Shown here piece after piece: positions 1-11,760 of a DNA stretch of 64,000 nt. How positions within the stretch are numbered: position 1 is the first letter of the stretch; every line of letters begins with the position of its first letter. The notes under the pieces were generated by a model, which saw only the letters and a program-made list of their open reading frames with translations, did not search any database and was not told where the DNA came from. The stretch comes from Perkinsus olseni (lineage: Eukaryota). The position numbers and the translations under genes were made by a program. Location of the stretch: contig JABANN010000077.1 of assembly GCA_013115125.1 (NCBI GenBank), positions 1-64,000 of the forward strand. The letters are read 5' to 3'.

Positions 1-738
1 GACCGGATCGGCTCATCCTCCAGTGGTGGCAATGACAGCAGCGGCGGCGAATCGACGCCCTCTGATGAGCTGTAAGTGGCATTATTCTTTTTGATTTGTG
101 GTTGACCTACGTTTCACAGAGCGAGGGAAGTGTACGTTTTAGCTAGTACCGTACTGATGTCTTGCTTTGAGTGCTCATGGTGGGCTTTCTGGGCTCCCTC
201 AGATGCCCGCTCGGCTGTCAGCAAATCACGCCCTGTAGCCGATGGCGTGCTAGGTTAATAATCTTAGACGAAGCCAGCACTTCCGGCATCACTCTTATCT
301 CGACTCGATGAAGAACTACGTTCATGCTTCCTAGTCCCTTTGCAAAGTACTAGGTACCATGTATTTCGAGTCCATAGCAAGCAGCCTGTACCACTCACGC
401 AGTCCACGTTAGGAGCGGAAGGGACTGGACGGGTAGCTCGGTCTGCACTGATGTCTCGGCTTTGCTCGCTAGCAGCCTGCTTGATGAGGCCAGCTTTGAA
501 GGGCCTGTTGGCAGCAGGGCCGTCCATCACCGTCGCCACTTCCTTCTTGTTCTGCCGCCGTCACCCAGAGGTGTCACATACCGCTCCATCGCGAACACCG
601 GTATTACTCGGCATAGCCTGGTAATCTTGCGTTCAGTCTGTAGCAATCTGTGAACTCCGTGGAGAGGTCTTCCTATGGCTGATTGTAGATATTGTGAGAA
701 GGTAATAGTGTTCTCTTAGGGCCTTGATTGTTTAGAGG

Positions 739-1344
739 ATGTTCGAACGTTATCGCGCGGCAAGAAGGCGAAGTGGCTCTGACATCCAATCGATATTTCG
801 GAACGAGGTGGAGATAGCCCGGCGAGGGACCCTGGACTCCTCCTTTGGCGCGGACGACGTTGGGGACCCCAAAAAGGAAGGGGAGCTCAATGGCACTCCT
901 AGGACTCGTAGTAATACCATCTCGAGCGATATTATTGCTGGCGCGGAGTCGCCCGAAAAGTGCGCGACTCCAGCGGGCTCGTCCACGATGTTAAGTCTGA
1001 AGGGGTGGAGGTCCTCGGGCGAACGTGAAGAGTCTCATTTTACTAAGAACGCAGGAACGGTTGTGAGGCATTCGCCCGAGAGTTTCACCTGGACTATTCC
1101 CCGGCTTGATCTGAGCGAGAGAATCGGCACGACCAGATTTAGAGTATGTTCTGACGCTGATGGCTGCAAGGAGATGCGTAAGGGTGCGGAGGTGGCCATC
1201 GAGTACGCGAAGGATGACAAGAACGAGACTATACTCAAGCTCTACTCTATGAGAGATCGTCTGGGCTTTAAGATGATGATTGATGATAAGGAGATAGTTG
1301 TTAACGAGGAGGCAGCTAAGGTAATAGTACCCAGCCTCTCCTAA
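739..1344 (+). CDS. Hypothetical protein (201-aa open frame; may be the last exon of a gene entering from the left)
   Basis: Uninterrupted ATG-TAA ORF; no recognisable motif. Confidence 0.4.
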   Translation: MFERYRAARRRSGSDIQSIFRNEVEIARRGTLDSSFGADDVGDPKKEGELNGTPRTRSNTISSDIIAGAESPEKCATPAGSSTMLSLKGWRSSGEREESHFTKNAGTVVRHSPESFTWTIPRLDLSERIGTTRFRVCSDADGCKEMRKGAEVAIEYAKDDKNETILKLYSMRDRLGFKMMIDDKEIVVNEEAAKVIVPSLS

Positions 1345-1825
1345 CAGCCGTGGGCCGTCGTGTACGAGTCTCCATCGCTGTCCTTGTTCAGACGGATCGC
1401 TTCCAATTCGCGTACGAGATAAGAGCTCCGCAGCTCGCCGAGGCGTCGCCGGAGACCCCCCTGAACATCAAGTGTGAAATCTTTTCTGTCAACGGCCAGA
1501 CCGTGAATGTCGATCCACCCCCTTAGCAAATCCTATCCGATTTATATTGATTATTGACATTTATATGTAGGCTGATGGCCATCTCGAAGCTATCAACTTC
1601 AATGTACCATTCGAAGCGCTGCCGAGGTTGATGCTGGCCTCACACAGTGCTCACCAACTTTTTTCAATATCTGAATCATTTTCCCTGTCGCGAATTTTCT
1701 GCCTACCATTTTTCCAAGATGTAGAGGATTAGAACTTCGGACTAACATAGCCCCGCTCATCGGATGAGTTGTCACGACCCTGCTGGCTCGCGTTATCAGT
1801 GCGTGCCTGGATGCTTGCAGATCTT

Positions 1826-2426
1826 ATGTTGATCCGAAGCTCTCGCGGGTTCAAAGTAGCTTTACGATGGCATGAGGATGCCTTCCGACGAGAGGCAGTG
1901 AGGACTGTCTTGCAGTCGAAGTTCAAACAACTGAGGGACAAGGATACTACTCGGATACCCTACTACCTAAAGAGGACTAATAGCGGTAACTTGCCGGTCT
2001 ACACGGATTTCAGAGGAGGGAAGCCTTACACTGTGGTCACTCACATTCGCGGAAATATGGAGGTAGTAGCAGCATGGCAGCGGATTCTTGGCTATAATAG
2101 GAGGCTTCACGGTGACCTAGTGGGACTCGCGTGCCTTGGCATCCGACAATCTCGTTCGTTCATGAGATGGGAGAAGAGTGGTATCTCCCCTTCAGTCCTT
2201 CGTTACAGATCTCAGAAGTGCTTTATTCGGCGAGCGGGAGGATCCCTCATTGAAGAACTCATCTACTGAGCGACGGGTTGCCTCCGCGAGCGACGGACGA
2301 CCCCCTAAGCCGAGAAAGGAGGCCAAAGATCCGACCAAGGAAGTTATAGTGTTCGGGAACAAGATACGAGTGTTAGGCTTGAAGGAGAAGGCAATTAAAC
2401 ACTGGTTGATGGAACTTGGTTTCTGA
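1826..2426 (+). CDS. MRPL49: Mitochondrial ribosomal protein mL49 (Img2 family), spliced
   Basis: PYYLKRTNSGNLPVYTDFRGG..TVVTHIRGNME joins in frame across a GT-AG intron (2063-2195) to SFVTDLRSAL...IRVLG..KAIKHWLMELGF*, the Img2/mL49 pattern ending W-L-x-x-x-G-F. Arg/Ser-rich N-terminus. Confidence 0.8.
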
Positions 2427-2533
2427 CGATTTTTCTGACCATTTGAGTGAGTCAATCTTTTGAGGGCCATTGGGGTTCCCCGCAGACCTTCTGATCGCTT
2501 CTCGCGTTTTCGTCTGGCCATTAGTGTTTCCAC

Positions 2534-5500
2534 ATGTCCGCTGACGTAAACAAAACGGTACACGCGGCGAGCCTCGGGGTGACCTCGCCGGATGATCTGG
2601 AGGAGCTCAGACATCGAGACCCTCATCACATCGCCTCCATCACCTCCATGGACCTCTCTCACAACCTCATTACTAATTTACGAGGTTTTGCCAAGTTCAC
2701 GGGCATGGTGGAGCTGAGACTCTCCGGCAATCGCGTTAAGAGCCTGGATGGCTGCCTGGACGGCTTGGTGCATCTGAAGCATCTCGATCTGAGCTACAAC
2801 CGGCTCACCTCCCTCGAGGACGCCGGCTCGAGCTTGGGTAACCTTCTGGGCCTCGAGAGGCTCGAGTTGCAGGGCAACAACATCAGGCAGCTGCTTGGCC
2901 TCCAGCAGGTAATTCATCAGGAAATTGACGTGCTAGACCGTCACTCTCAGTGTTGGCGAGCTCCGGCCACCCCGTCCTCCAGCCCTGCTAATGGCTCTTC
3001 GTCTGGCCTTATCTACCTTGACCTCCGAGACAACTGTATTGAAGATTCAACTCAGCTGCTGTATATATCGGGAATGGGCATCAAGCAGGTGAGGTGTTCG
3101 GTCGATAGGGGTGCAGTAGCGAAAGGAGTAAGGGTGATTCTGGGGCGGAAGAAAATAGATAGATTCTTGTGGTGCATGACGGAGTAGAGTTGTGTGCTCT
3201 CAGTTACTCCTGCGAGGGTCTCGAGAGCACCGCAATACGATCTGCGATGACCAAGCCTATCGCCTGATGGCACTGCAGACCCTACCCGACTTGGAGGTTC
3301 TGGATGGCATAATAGTGACGGAGGAAGAAAGGAGAGAGGCTAGGAGCAAGCCTTTAGTTATACTGGGGAGCACAAGGAAGAGGGAACCAGCGAATCCGGC
3401 CTCGGACAACCGAGGTGCTCTGGGGGGGGGTCTCAGTGCGCTCCGTGAAACAGTAGCTCCGTGAAAGTGCGCAGGGCTCGAGAAGAGACTCAGAGTAGCG
3501 TTGAGCAGGGATGATCTTCCGATCAACTGCATTGGCCTTTTGAGGGGGATGGTCTCCATGAGTAATGAGTGCTTGAGAGAGCTTCAGCCGATGAGCCTTC
3601 AGGGCCCCCTGGCAGTTCTCAGAATTGAAAATTTTCACATCTGCTTACCTTCAAGTATATTTTACCGGTCGCCTTGTCAGGTACCGCCACTGCTCAGCAG
3701 GAGTCTCGGCGCTCTGCGACCATCCCGAGAAACCCTTGGATGGACGCAACGCAGTCGGCCAGGAACCCCTCAGGCGGCTCTAGAGAGGTAGGTGGAGAGG
3801 GACACCCTCAAAACCTTAGGGTTCGAAACATGATCATCAGGGAAGAGCGTCGCTGGATTCGTCGTCCGGGACTAGGAGTTCCTTGCGCCGGAGTCACCAA
3901 GTCGAAGCTGTCGAGACCCTGTCAAGCCAGAACGACTCTTCGGCAGCTAACCGACTGGTGCAGGCAAGTCCTTCTGAATGACACTGATAAATCTGGCTGC
4001 ATAGGGGGCTGATCATAGAGAATGCGAGAGGCAAACGACGCAGCTCAGGGCGATGGTTACGACCATGCAGGAGCACTACGAGACTATGGTAGCTAGGAAG
4101 GGGTTGAAGGCATCGTGGTAGGGTCTTCTCTTCAGCTACGAGAAGCGGCGGCGAGATTTGACGGCGCTCGGGAGCAGTTGGAGGCGACGGAAGAGGAGCG
4201 TCGTCGTCTAGAGGTGGGGAAAGCAGAACGACGTGGGTGGCAGTGCAACCAGCAGGCCTCGCTGAAGCATGGCGAGAAGGTGAAGTGCAAGCAGGAGGCC
4301 GCGCTGGCGAGGGACCTCAGGCTGCTAGAGGCGGATATGGAGAAGCGGACTACTCGATTGAAGACGCTCGAAGTGGGTTGTAGGGCCACTTGGCGTGCTG
4401 GAGCCTCGTGCGGTAGGAGAACCTTGCCAAGAGTGAAGAGAAGGCCGAGGAGACGCAGCGGATGGTGGACAAGCTTCAGAAAGAGAAGGAGGAGCTGCTG
4501 TGAGTTGCAGAGGCGAGGACAGGTCTCGACATGGTTGACGCCTTGCAGGGCAGCGAGGGAAGGCCTCACCGCCAAGTGCTCGGAGATGGAGGAAAGAGCC
4601 AGTGAATTGGCGGCTTCCGAGAACAGGGTGAGGGAGTTGGAGCTGGAGATTCAGACGATGAAGGCTTGTGAGAAGGTGAAGGGCCGGGGGGCTCGGGTTG
4701 ACATCACTGCCAACCTTCAGGGGTCGATGGAGGCGCCAGTCGTCACTCCCGGGCCTTCACGAGAAGATATCTCTGCTGCCGTGGAGGCAGCCATGCGGGA
4801 GGCTGCCGTAGTTAGTGGAGAGAAGGTATCGCGACTTGAGGAAGAAAAGATAGCGTTGAAGAAGGAGCTGCAGGTGGGGAAGAGATTCCATACCTCTTGC
4901 TGTAAACTGATGTTCCAGTATTCTTCCATTCGGTCGAATTAGAGTGTCGTATCAAAAGTCGTCTGGCCTGAAGTTTTCTAATGAGAAACCTCTTTTTCTC
5001 GGCAGTTGGGTGAGGAAAATGAACTGTGAACGGAATATCGGCGTTTCGACTGCGTTACAGGGACTACAGTCTATCCCAGAATGCAGAAATAGGAGCGTGA
5101 AGTGGATAGACCGAGGAGAAATAGGAGAGTCGGATTACTGAGCGTTTCGTGGGGGAGCTGTGCACTCATGTTCTCCCTATCGCGATGAACTCAATCGTAG
5201 AGAGAGTATCAATCACCCGCATCAAATGGACGGCAGAGGCGAATGGTGTCCGGCCAGGTGTCTCTCTTGCGGTTTCGTGTTTCTGACTCGTAGCTCGGTA
5301 ATGGGCAGTTGTTGGGTCTTCAGGAGCGAAAGGATCAAATACGGTGTCAGCGGCAGGCCTATGAGGCGTTGGAGCAGCAGGTGCGCCTCTCGACCAAGCA
5401 GGAGCAGAGCAGGATAGCCGAACTCACTGACGAGCTGAGGAGTGAGAAGAATGCCAGTAAGTCGGGTCATCCTGTTGAGCACTTGGGTAAGCGCATCTTT

Positions 5501-8500
5501 CTGAGGGCCGCTAGTGACAGCACTTTCCATTAGCCTTCCTCCGTCGATACTAAATAATTCTATATTATATATTCTATTAATTAATATAAATTCATGTACT
5601 GCTGTCGATCAGCGATACTCAACATCACTTCGGCGTTGATCAGCTTCTTCAGTCACCCTTTGCCCAGGTCGATATCTCGGATCTCGTAGTGGGTCGCAGC
5701 CGACATGACGATGATGGCGTGACACACTCACAGGTCGTCGTCCCTCCATCCCATGCGCTCCTCCAGCGTTCTATTGTCAAGTCCTCGCACAACGGCCCTA
5801 TGGCGGGGTTGGCACGTGCCGCGACCTTCTCCGTCGTTTCCACTGGTCCGGCCTGACTCAGGCCTTCTGAAGCTTACAGTTGGTCGTGTCGTCAAATCCC
5901 GTGGCCTCTGCATCAATCATTTACCTCGGCGACACGCTGCCGAAGCCTCTGGTTTCCATCCCGCCGATCGCCGTCCTGGGCGGTCGATCGGAGTGGACCA
6001 TTGTGCCACAATGATTGTGGTCCATACAAAGGCAACGGCGGCCGTACCAAGTATCTGGCCGTTGCGACCTGCTTGCTCACCGAGTACTTTGATGCGGAGG
6101 TGGTCGGTTCCACCAATGCTTCCAATCTGATACCCGGTTATCGCCGCATTTTCTCTGGTCGTGGAAAACCTCACCGGGTCTGCTCTGATCGAGGGCCAGC
6201 TTGTGTCAGCCCAGTACCGCTCAATCGTCTTTAAGCACAACATTCAACATCATCTCGTTCCCCCCAGCTCCTGCTAGATAAGGGAGGAAGTGGGAGCGGA
6301 GTCATGGCCCCCTCAACCAGAAGCTGAGTGTACTCTGTGCTATCAGGTCAGGCTAGACTGGCGTACGCTCGTAGCTGAAGCAGTGGCTCTGAGCAACGCT
6401 ACGCCTACGCTGGGGCACTATCAGCTCCTGGGACTTATTCCATACCTACGAATGAGATCAGACGACATTCCGAGTGTTCTGCATGGTGGTCTGCCTCGAG
6501 GACCCGTCTCCTTTTTATCCGCCTTTTTTTATCCGCCTCCTTTTTATCCGCCTTTTTTTCATAGAGGAAGCGATTGTCGCACCGTGGCTATCATTGGTTC
6601 GGTCGGGCAGTGGCGTTTTCTGTGCGTTGCTCTGATGAGACTGCGTCACTCAGGGGAGGTCTTAGAGAAGAAGCTCGGAAGGGTTGAAGAGGAACTTGAT
6701 AGAGAGAAGGTGTCGGTGCGCGAGTTACGGTCTACCATGGACGACAGGGAGAGAGTGGCCGCAGTGGAGGCGAAGGAGAGGGGCCGCGAGGTCGAAGAGC
6801 TGAGAAGGGAGCTCGATAAGTCGAAGGAAGACTCTCACAAGCACAGGAAGGCTCTGAGGTAGATTCGTCTGAGTTGTCTTGTGACCTTCTATGCTTTATT
6901 TGTTAGGATGGTGGAGCTGGAGGTGACTAAGGACATCGAACGGCTTGTTGCAGAGCACGGTCGGGAGCGAGCCAAGCTGCAGCAAGGGCATGAGATGGAG
7001 ATGAAGGCTCTCGGGGAGCTTCATGGCAAGGAACTCTCTCACTTGAAGGGGGAGTTGGCAGCCAAGGAGAAGGAAGTCGTGGAGCTGACCACGAGCGTCG
7101 AGCACGAGACTACTAAGGCTCGGGAACTCAAGGTGGGCATCCGTACGATGCACTTTCACCGAATTGGTCTGAACGATCAGGAGGCGACGGCTGCTCTGAG
7201 AAAGGACCTCGTGGTAGCATGCAAGCAGTTGGAGAGGGAAGTCTATCAAGAGCAAGCTCTACAGAAGAAGGTGCAGAGCCTTCAAACCGAGCTCGAGGGC
7301 CTCAGACTGGAGGCGGCGAGGGAGAGAACGGAGAGGGGTAGACATGCGGATGAGCACGAAGCTTTGGTGAGTTCAGAAGGGCGGTGAGTGGATGGTCGCA
7401 TCGCTTGTGAAGGTATCTGAGTTGAAAAAGAAGGCGACGGAAGCTGAGAGAGCGAGAGAGGCCGCGGAGGCAGTCCGAGGAGCCAACGAGGAGTCTCTCA
7501 GAGACGTGCGCCGACGCGAGGATGAGCTTCAAAGCAAGATACGAGGCCTGGAGGAGTTGGTGAGATGATGGCGGGAAGGTCGGAGCATATCGTTGTTTCC
7601 CAAGGTGCGGAAGCACGCCATCGAAGCTGCAGTGAAAGACAGGATGGTAGCCGATGGCGCAGAACATGTGAAGGCGTTGAAGAAGCAGCTGCAGGGCTTA
7701 GAAGCCGATCTCGAGCAGATGCAGAAGGAGCGCAAGAAGAGAGACAGGTTGGCAGCCAGCGCGACCCATTGCAACAGGCCATCGCTCGTGGTAGGGATTG
7801 GCAGTCCTTGCTAGACGAACAGATCAGCAAGGCGGACCGAGCCCGGGAGAAGCTCGTGCCCACGGAGGAGAAACTAGCTGTAGCGGAAGGAGAGGTAGGA
7901 AAGGAGACTTCCCCACAGCGACGAGCTCCATCAGGTGGAACGGCTACGCGAGGAAGTGTCGCAGAAGGATGAATCACTGCGGTACGTCACCTCTGAGGTG
8001 GAAGAAATGAGGAGAGCGATGCAGGAGGATACCCATATCAAAGTGGCGGAGGTCGAGAGAAAACTCAATCGTGAGCATGAAAAGGTGAGAACCAATCACA
8101 TCCCGATGGCTAGACTGTGCGTCAGAGCTATCGGCGATTGGCTACCGTTGAAGCGCAGCGCAAAGGCATCAAAGCTGCATCATTTCTACAAATGAAATAG
8201 CACACTCATTCCTGCTTCTGGTGCCTGATGCTTATTTGGAAGTTTTCAGAGCCTCTTGGAGCTCGACAGGAGAATAGAAGAAGCACAGCAGCGAAATGAA
8301 CGAGAAATTTCTCGGCTTACTCGCGACCGCGAAGTACAGCTGCTGTCCAGGCCTACGACGAACCCAGTGTGCTGCTCTCTAGGCGATGAAGCGAAGAGCG
8401 AATGCGGCGGAGGAGCGTGTAAAACACGTAGAAAAAGAGCTCAGGACAGTTCTCGCGGAGTACGGACACTGATCGGAATAAAGACCGAGAAGTGCCTGTT

Positions 8501-8708
8501 CCTCTCTCGTCGCACGGTTTCGACCAGAGGTGGACACTTTACAGTCGGCAGACCTCGGAATGATTCTGCTCGAGTCCAGCCTGGACTGTCCAGGCATCCT
8601 TCAGATGGTACACTCGTCTGGTATGTTAGATACGAGCATCTGAAGGTCCAGTGTGAAAGTAAGATGCGGCGTGCGGCAGATCTTCTCCTCGAAAGCGAGC
8701 TAACTTGA
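2534..8708 (+). CDS. Leucine-rich repeat plus long coiled-coil protein (LRRCC1/VFL1-like centriolar protein), many introns
   Basis: SDS22-type LRRs (MDLSHNLIT, LRLSGNRVK, LDLSYNRLT, LELQGNNIR, LDLRDNCIE) and an LRR cap (NTICDDQAYRLMALQTLPDLEVLDG), then a chain of E/K/R-rich coiled-coil exons to ..ADLLLESELT*. Single-gene continuity is inferred. Confidence 0.65.
5733..6450 (+). mobile_element. Decayed LTR-retrotransposon integrase fragment inside a ~1.2-kb intron (5457-6653)
   Basis: Frameshifted pieces read VVVPPSHALLQRSIVKSSHNG..RRFHWSGL..VVKSRGLC (Zn-binding region), GVDHC/DCGP..KYLAVATCLLT..RRIFSGRGKPHRVCSDRGP (two catalytic Asp), KWERSHGPLNQKL (catalytic Glu) and DWRTLVAEAVALSNATP. Confidence 0.75.
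6508..6559. repeat. Tandem repeat: 23-nt CTCCTTTTTATCCGCCTTTTTTT twice (three TTTTTATCCGCC units)
   Basis: Directly visible at 6508-6530 and 6537-6559. Confidence 0.9.
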
Positions 8709-8855
8709 GTTGGGTTGCGCAATGCCTTCGGAAAATGTGTAGAACACTGTCCAGTATAATACGACCACTTCAATTCACGGTATATCAGTTTTCATGGACA
8801 TGATTTCCAAGGCTTGCGCATATCCGAGTGTGGGTAGGCTAGACACTAAGCAACA

Positions 8856-8929
8856 GCCCGATTAGTTCAGCTGGATAGAATGTCTGCCTACGGAGCAGAT
8901 GGTCGTAGGTTCGAATCCTGCATCGGGTA
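8856..8929 (+). tRNA. tRNA-Arg (anticodon ACG)
   Basis: Full cloverleaf: acceptor GCCCGAT/ATCGGGT, D-arm GTTC-AGCTGGATA-GAAT, anticodon arm TCTGC-CTACGGA-GCAGA, T-arm GTAGG-TTCGAAT-CCTGC, discriminator A. Confidence 0.96.
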
Positions 8930-9159
8930 TTTACCTGGACGCAAATTGCGTCACGCAATACACTTAGCAGTTGGAATTTGGAGCATGCAACTATGGGGTT
9001 CCTACTGTCATGCAAGTGCAGCACATCGTTTGTCGCGCAGTGGGAAGCGCCAGCCCTGGGCTGGTAGCCCAGGACGTCTTCAAGCAGCTAGAGATCCCGC
9101 TCTTGGATGACATGTTACTCCATCAACACAACACAAACTACAGAAAGCCACAGACACGG

Positions 9160-11436
9160 TCATGCTTCGGACAAAGCAATGGGCGTCGGTCCTCTCCCGA
9201 ACTTATCTTGGCATACGAGATCCGTTGGTGCTGCACTTGCCTTAGCACAAGTGTAGTCGAGGGAGTCCATCAATGCTATAAAAGATAAATCTTCCTTTTC
9301 GAAATAGTCAACATTTTCACTCCACACTATCGGATGGAAGGTCTCCAAGGTTTTGAGCGCTCCACGCATCACGTTCACCTCCATTCCCTCAACATCAACC
9401 TTTATTAGGCTCACAGTGGGCTCACGATTCCGACCGGCAAAAAGGTTGCTTCCCAAGACTATATCATCCAGTCGGACAGACTCCACCACCTCGGCGCCCC
9501 ACTCAGTATCGTAGAGCTGCTTGCTGTCTTCTTCGTCTGCAAAAAAGACACTGAGAAGGGGCACCCTTCGGCTCCTCAATTCTACTGACCAGCAGGTAGA
9601 GTAGTCTAAACTAAGCATAGAGTCACTGAGGCCTACTGAGTCCTCCCGTTTGGTTAGTGGGATGTGCCCTCACTCCACCAGGAGAGGAAAAGAAGCGCAG
9701 CTGCGGCTGTAGCAGAAGCGACTGGCTTGCCGTGTCGGAGAGGGCCGCCTGCGGGCAAATGAGAAACTATAGAGGCGGAGTGACTTGCCATACCTGATAT
9801 GTCCACACGTTCATGAGACCGTTTAAAGCGACATTGGCATTGAGCAATTGGTAAGTCCATCGGAAGGGTTCAAATGCCAGCACCATTCCAGCCGGACCTA
9901 ACAAGTCTATAACTTTCCGTCATGGCCGCTGTGACTCACCCACGTGCTCGGCCATAGGTATCGTGTAGCTACCCAAGTTGGCGCCGGCGTCAACGAACAC
10001 GTCCCCGGGCCGAAGGATGGACTGCATCTCGTACGACTGGAGGACGTTCATGCAACCCGTGTTCTTCATCATGTTCCCGATGTTAGTGTCGTAGAATGGG
10101 AGAGCGAAGAAGTGCGGGAGTATGGCTGTGGGGTCGTGCTTCTCCGCAGGCATCTTAGGCTCGGGCGTTCTGTGGTTCGCCACAAGAATGGTTGGGTAAT
10201 GAGCCCCTCCCACGAAGACTTGCTTGGGTACCTACAGTGGGTGAGATATCAATCGCCCTCTTCGGATACTTCACAGGTCACCTGAACCCTGTCGGTTCTC
10301 AGCATCATGCCACAGTCGTGGTACTTATATAACTTTCCGCTCCTCTCGTCATAGAAGTCGTCATCATGAGCGCTCTGTTCCAGCAGCCATCTGCTGCAGG
10401 CCTCAGCGTCCATATTGTCACCCCCATGGCTAGAGGGGGCCAATCGCTCTACGCCAGCGTACCTACTCAGCTTCATGATGAATCAACTTCACGAGCAGAA
10501 CTTGGATGGCCCTAGGCAATTCACGAGGCAATGCAAGAGGGGAGAATCTCCAGCACACGACACACCATCCTTGTTTCCTCTCAACAGCCGCGTCGGACGG
10601 CCTCCGACCCAGCAAGTAGCATCCACCGCAACCCTCCTCCTCGGTGCCAGGGCAGACCTCACAAACACCACTGTTGACGAGGACGATATTGGCAGTAGAC
10701 GGGTGTTGACGAGACTTATCTCACCTGCCAAGCGCAGCAGCTGGGTTCACTCAGACACATCAGCCGACACTGCGCAGGAGGCACTCCCCTGATAGGCTCC
10801 CCAAGGAATGTTTCATAAACCGCTGGGTAGTGGAAGCCAAAATCGGCAGTGTTGGGCAGCGACACAACCGACAGGCTAGATAGACCCACGGTGGTCTGAA
10901 GAGCATCAGCAATCATCTCACCGAGTTCCCCGAAGATTGTGTCTCACATGGCAGCTCGCCCCAACCCTGGCTCCAACAAACACCCCACCGCTCGAGCTTC
11001 CTCCAGGAGCAACGAACTCGCCGCTGCCAGCCGTATCAGCGAGCACCTCATCAGGCGTATACACGAAGCCTCGCCAGCAGCCCTCGACCTCTGGCGATGC
11101 ATCCGTGCTCATCTTGAGCACGTACTGGTGTCCAGGAATGAGTGCCAACCCCTGCGTCAGGGCCGCGCCTTCAGGAAGGTGAACAGCCAGGGGTTTCTGG
11201 TCGGCTCCGTTGTCGCTGTGATTGAGATAGGTGACAACAGCATGACCGGGATCTATCGTCCAGAAGTAAGGTGGGCTGGGAGGCTGCCCGAAGAGTCGAG
11301 GATTCCTAACCACTTCACCACAGTCGGTCGGGCAGGAGTCGGCGAACTCTGGCGTCTCACACACGCCGTCGCCGCAGTAGCCAGCTAACACTGGGGAGAG
11401 ACAGATGGAGAGGGTGGACGCGAGAAACCAGGGCAT
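9160..11436 (-). CDS. Signal-peptide protein with Cys-rich, PAN/apple-like and C-terminal FkbM-family SAM methyltransferase regions, spliced
   Basis: FkbM motifs VFVDAGANLGSYT, VLAFEPF..LLNANVALNG, VRLDD..LIKVDVEGMEVNVMRGALKTLETFHP. Upstream exons link through GT-AG introns to MPWFLASTLSICLSPVLAG-YCGDGVCE. The FkbM call is firm; the single-gene model is less so. Confidence 0.75.
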
Positions 11437-11760
11437 CTTTTACAGGGCACACGAGTAACTATCTGAGCAAGGGGACACTCCTCACCTCCCTCGATCTGGA
11501 TGAAGCACAGAGTAGCTTCAGCACTTCAAAGGCCGGCATGGCGTACTGAGTACGCCGTACTGTCGAGATTCTCACCCGTTGGAAGTACTGTATACTCATT
11601 AAGAATTGACTGTCAAGTAACAGGCGAGAGATATACGAAACTTTCGTCATATTCACGCAGTTTTCAGTATGGAGCAAGACCTAACAGGTACTACTGCTAT
11701 GGAATAAACAAGCAGAGCATCGAACCGGTGAAAGAAAGTAATAATATCAACTTATGCGAA

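Noticed and set aside
2495..2530. ATCGCTTCTCG resembling the U2 snRNA 5' end
   Set aside because: No GTAGTA branch-pairing motif or Sm site.
8856..8929. Bacterial-looking D-loop (AGCTGGATA) suggesting an organellar or bacterial tRNA origin
   Set aside because: tRNAs are too short and constrained to infer origin by eye; no encoded CCA and normal nuclear context.
8927..9000. U1 snRNA-like TTACCTGG and a GACGCAA/TTGCGTC hairpin right after the tRNA
   Set aside because: No U1-70K loop or ATTGCAC loop; the 5' end does not match ATACTTACCTG.
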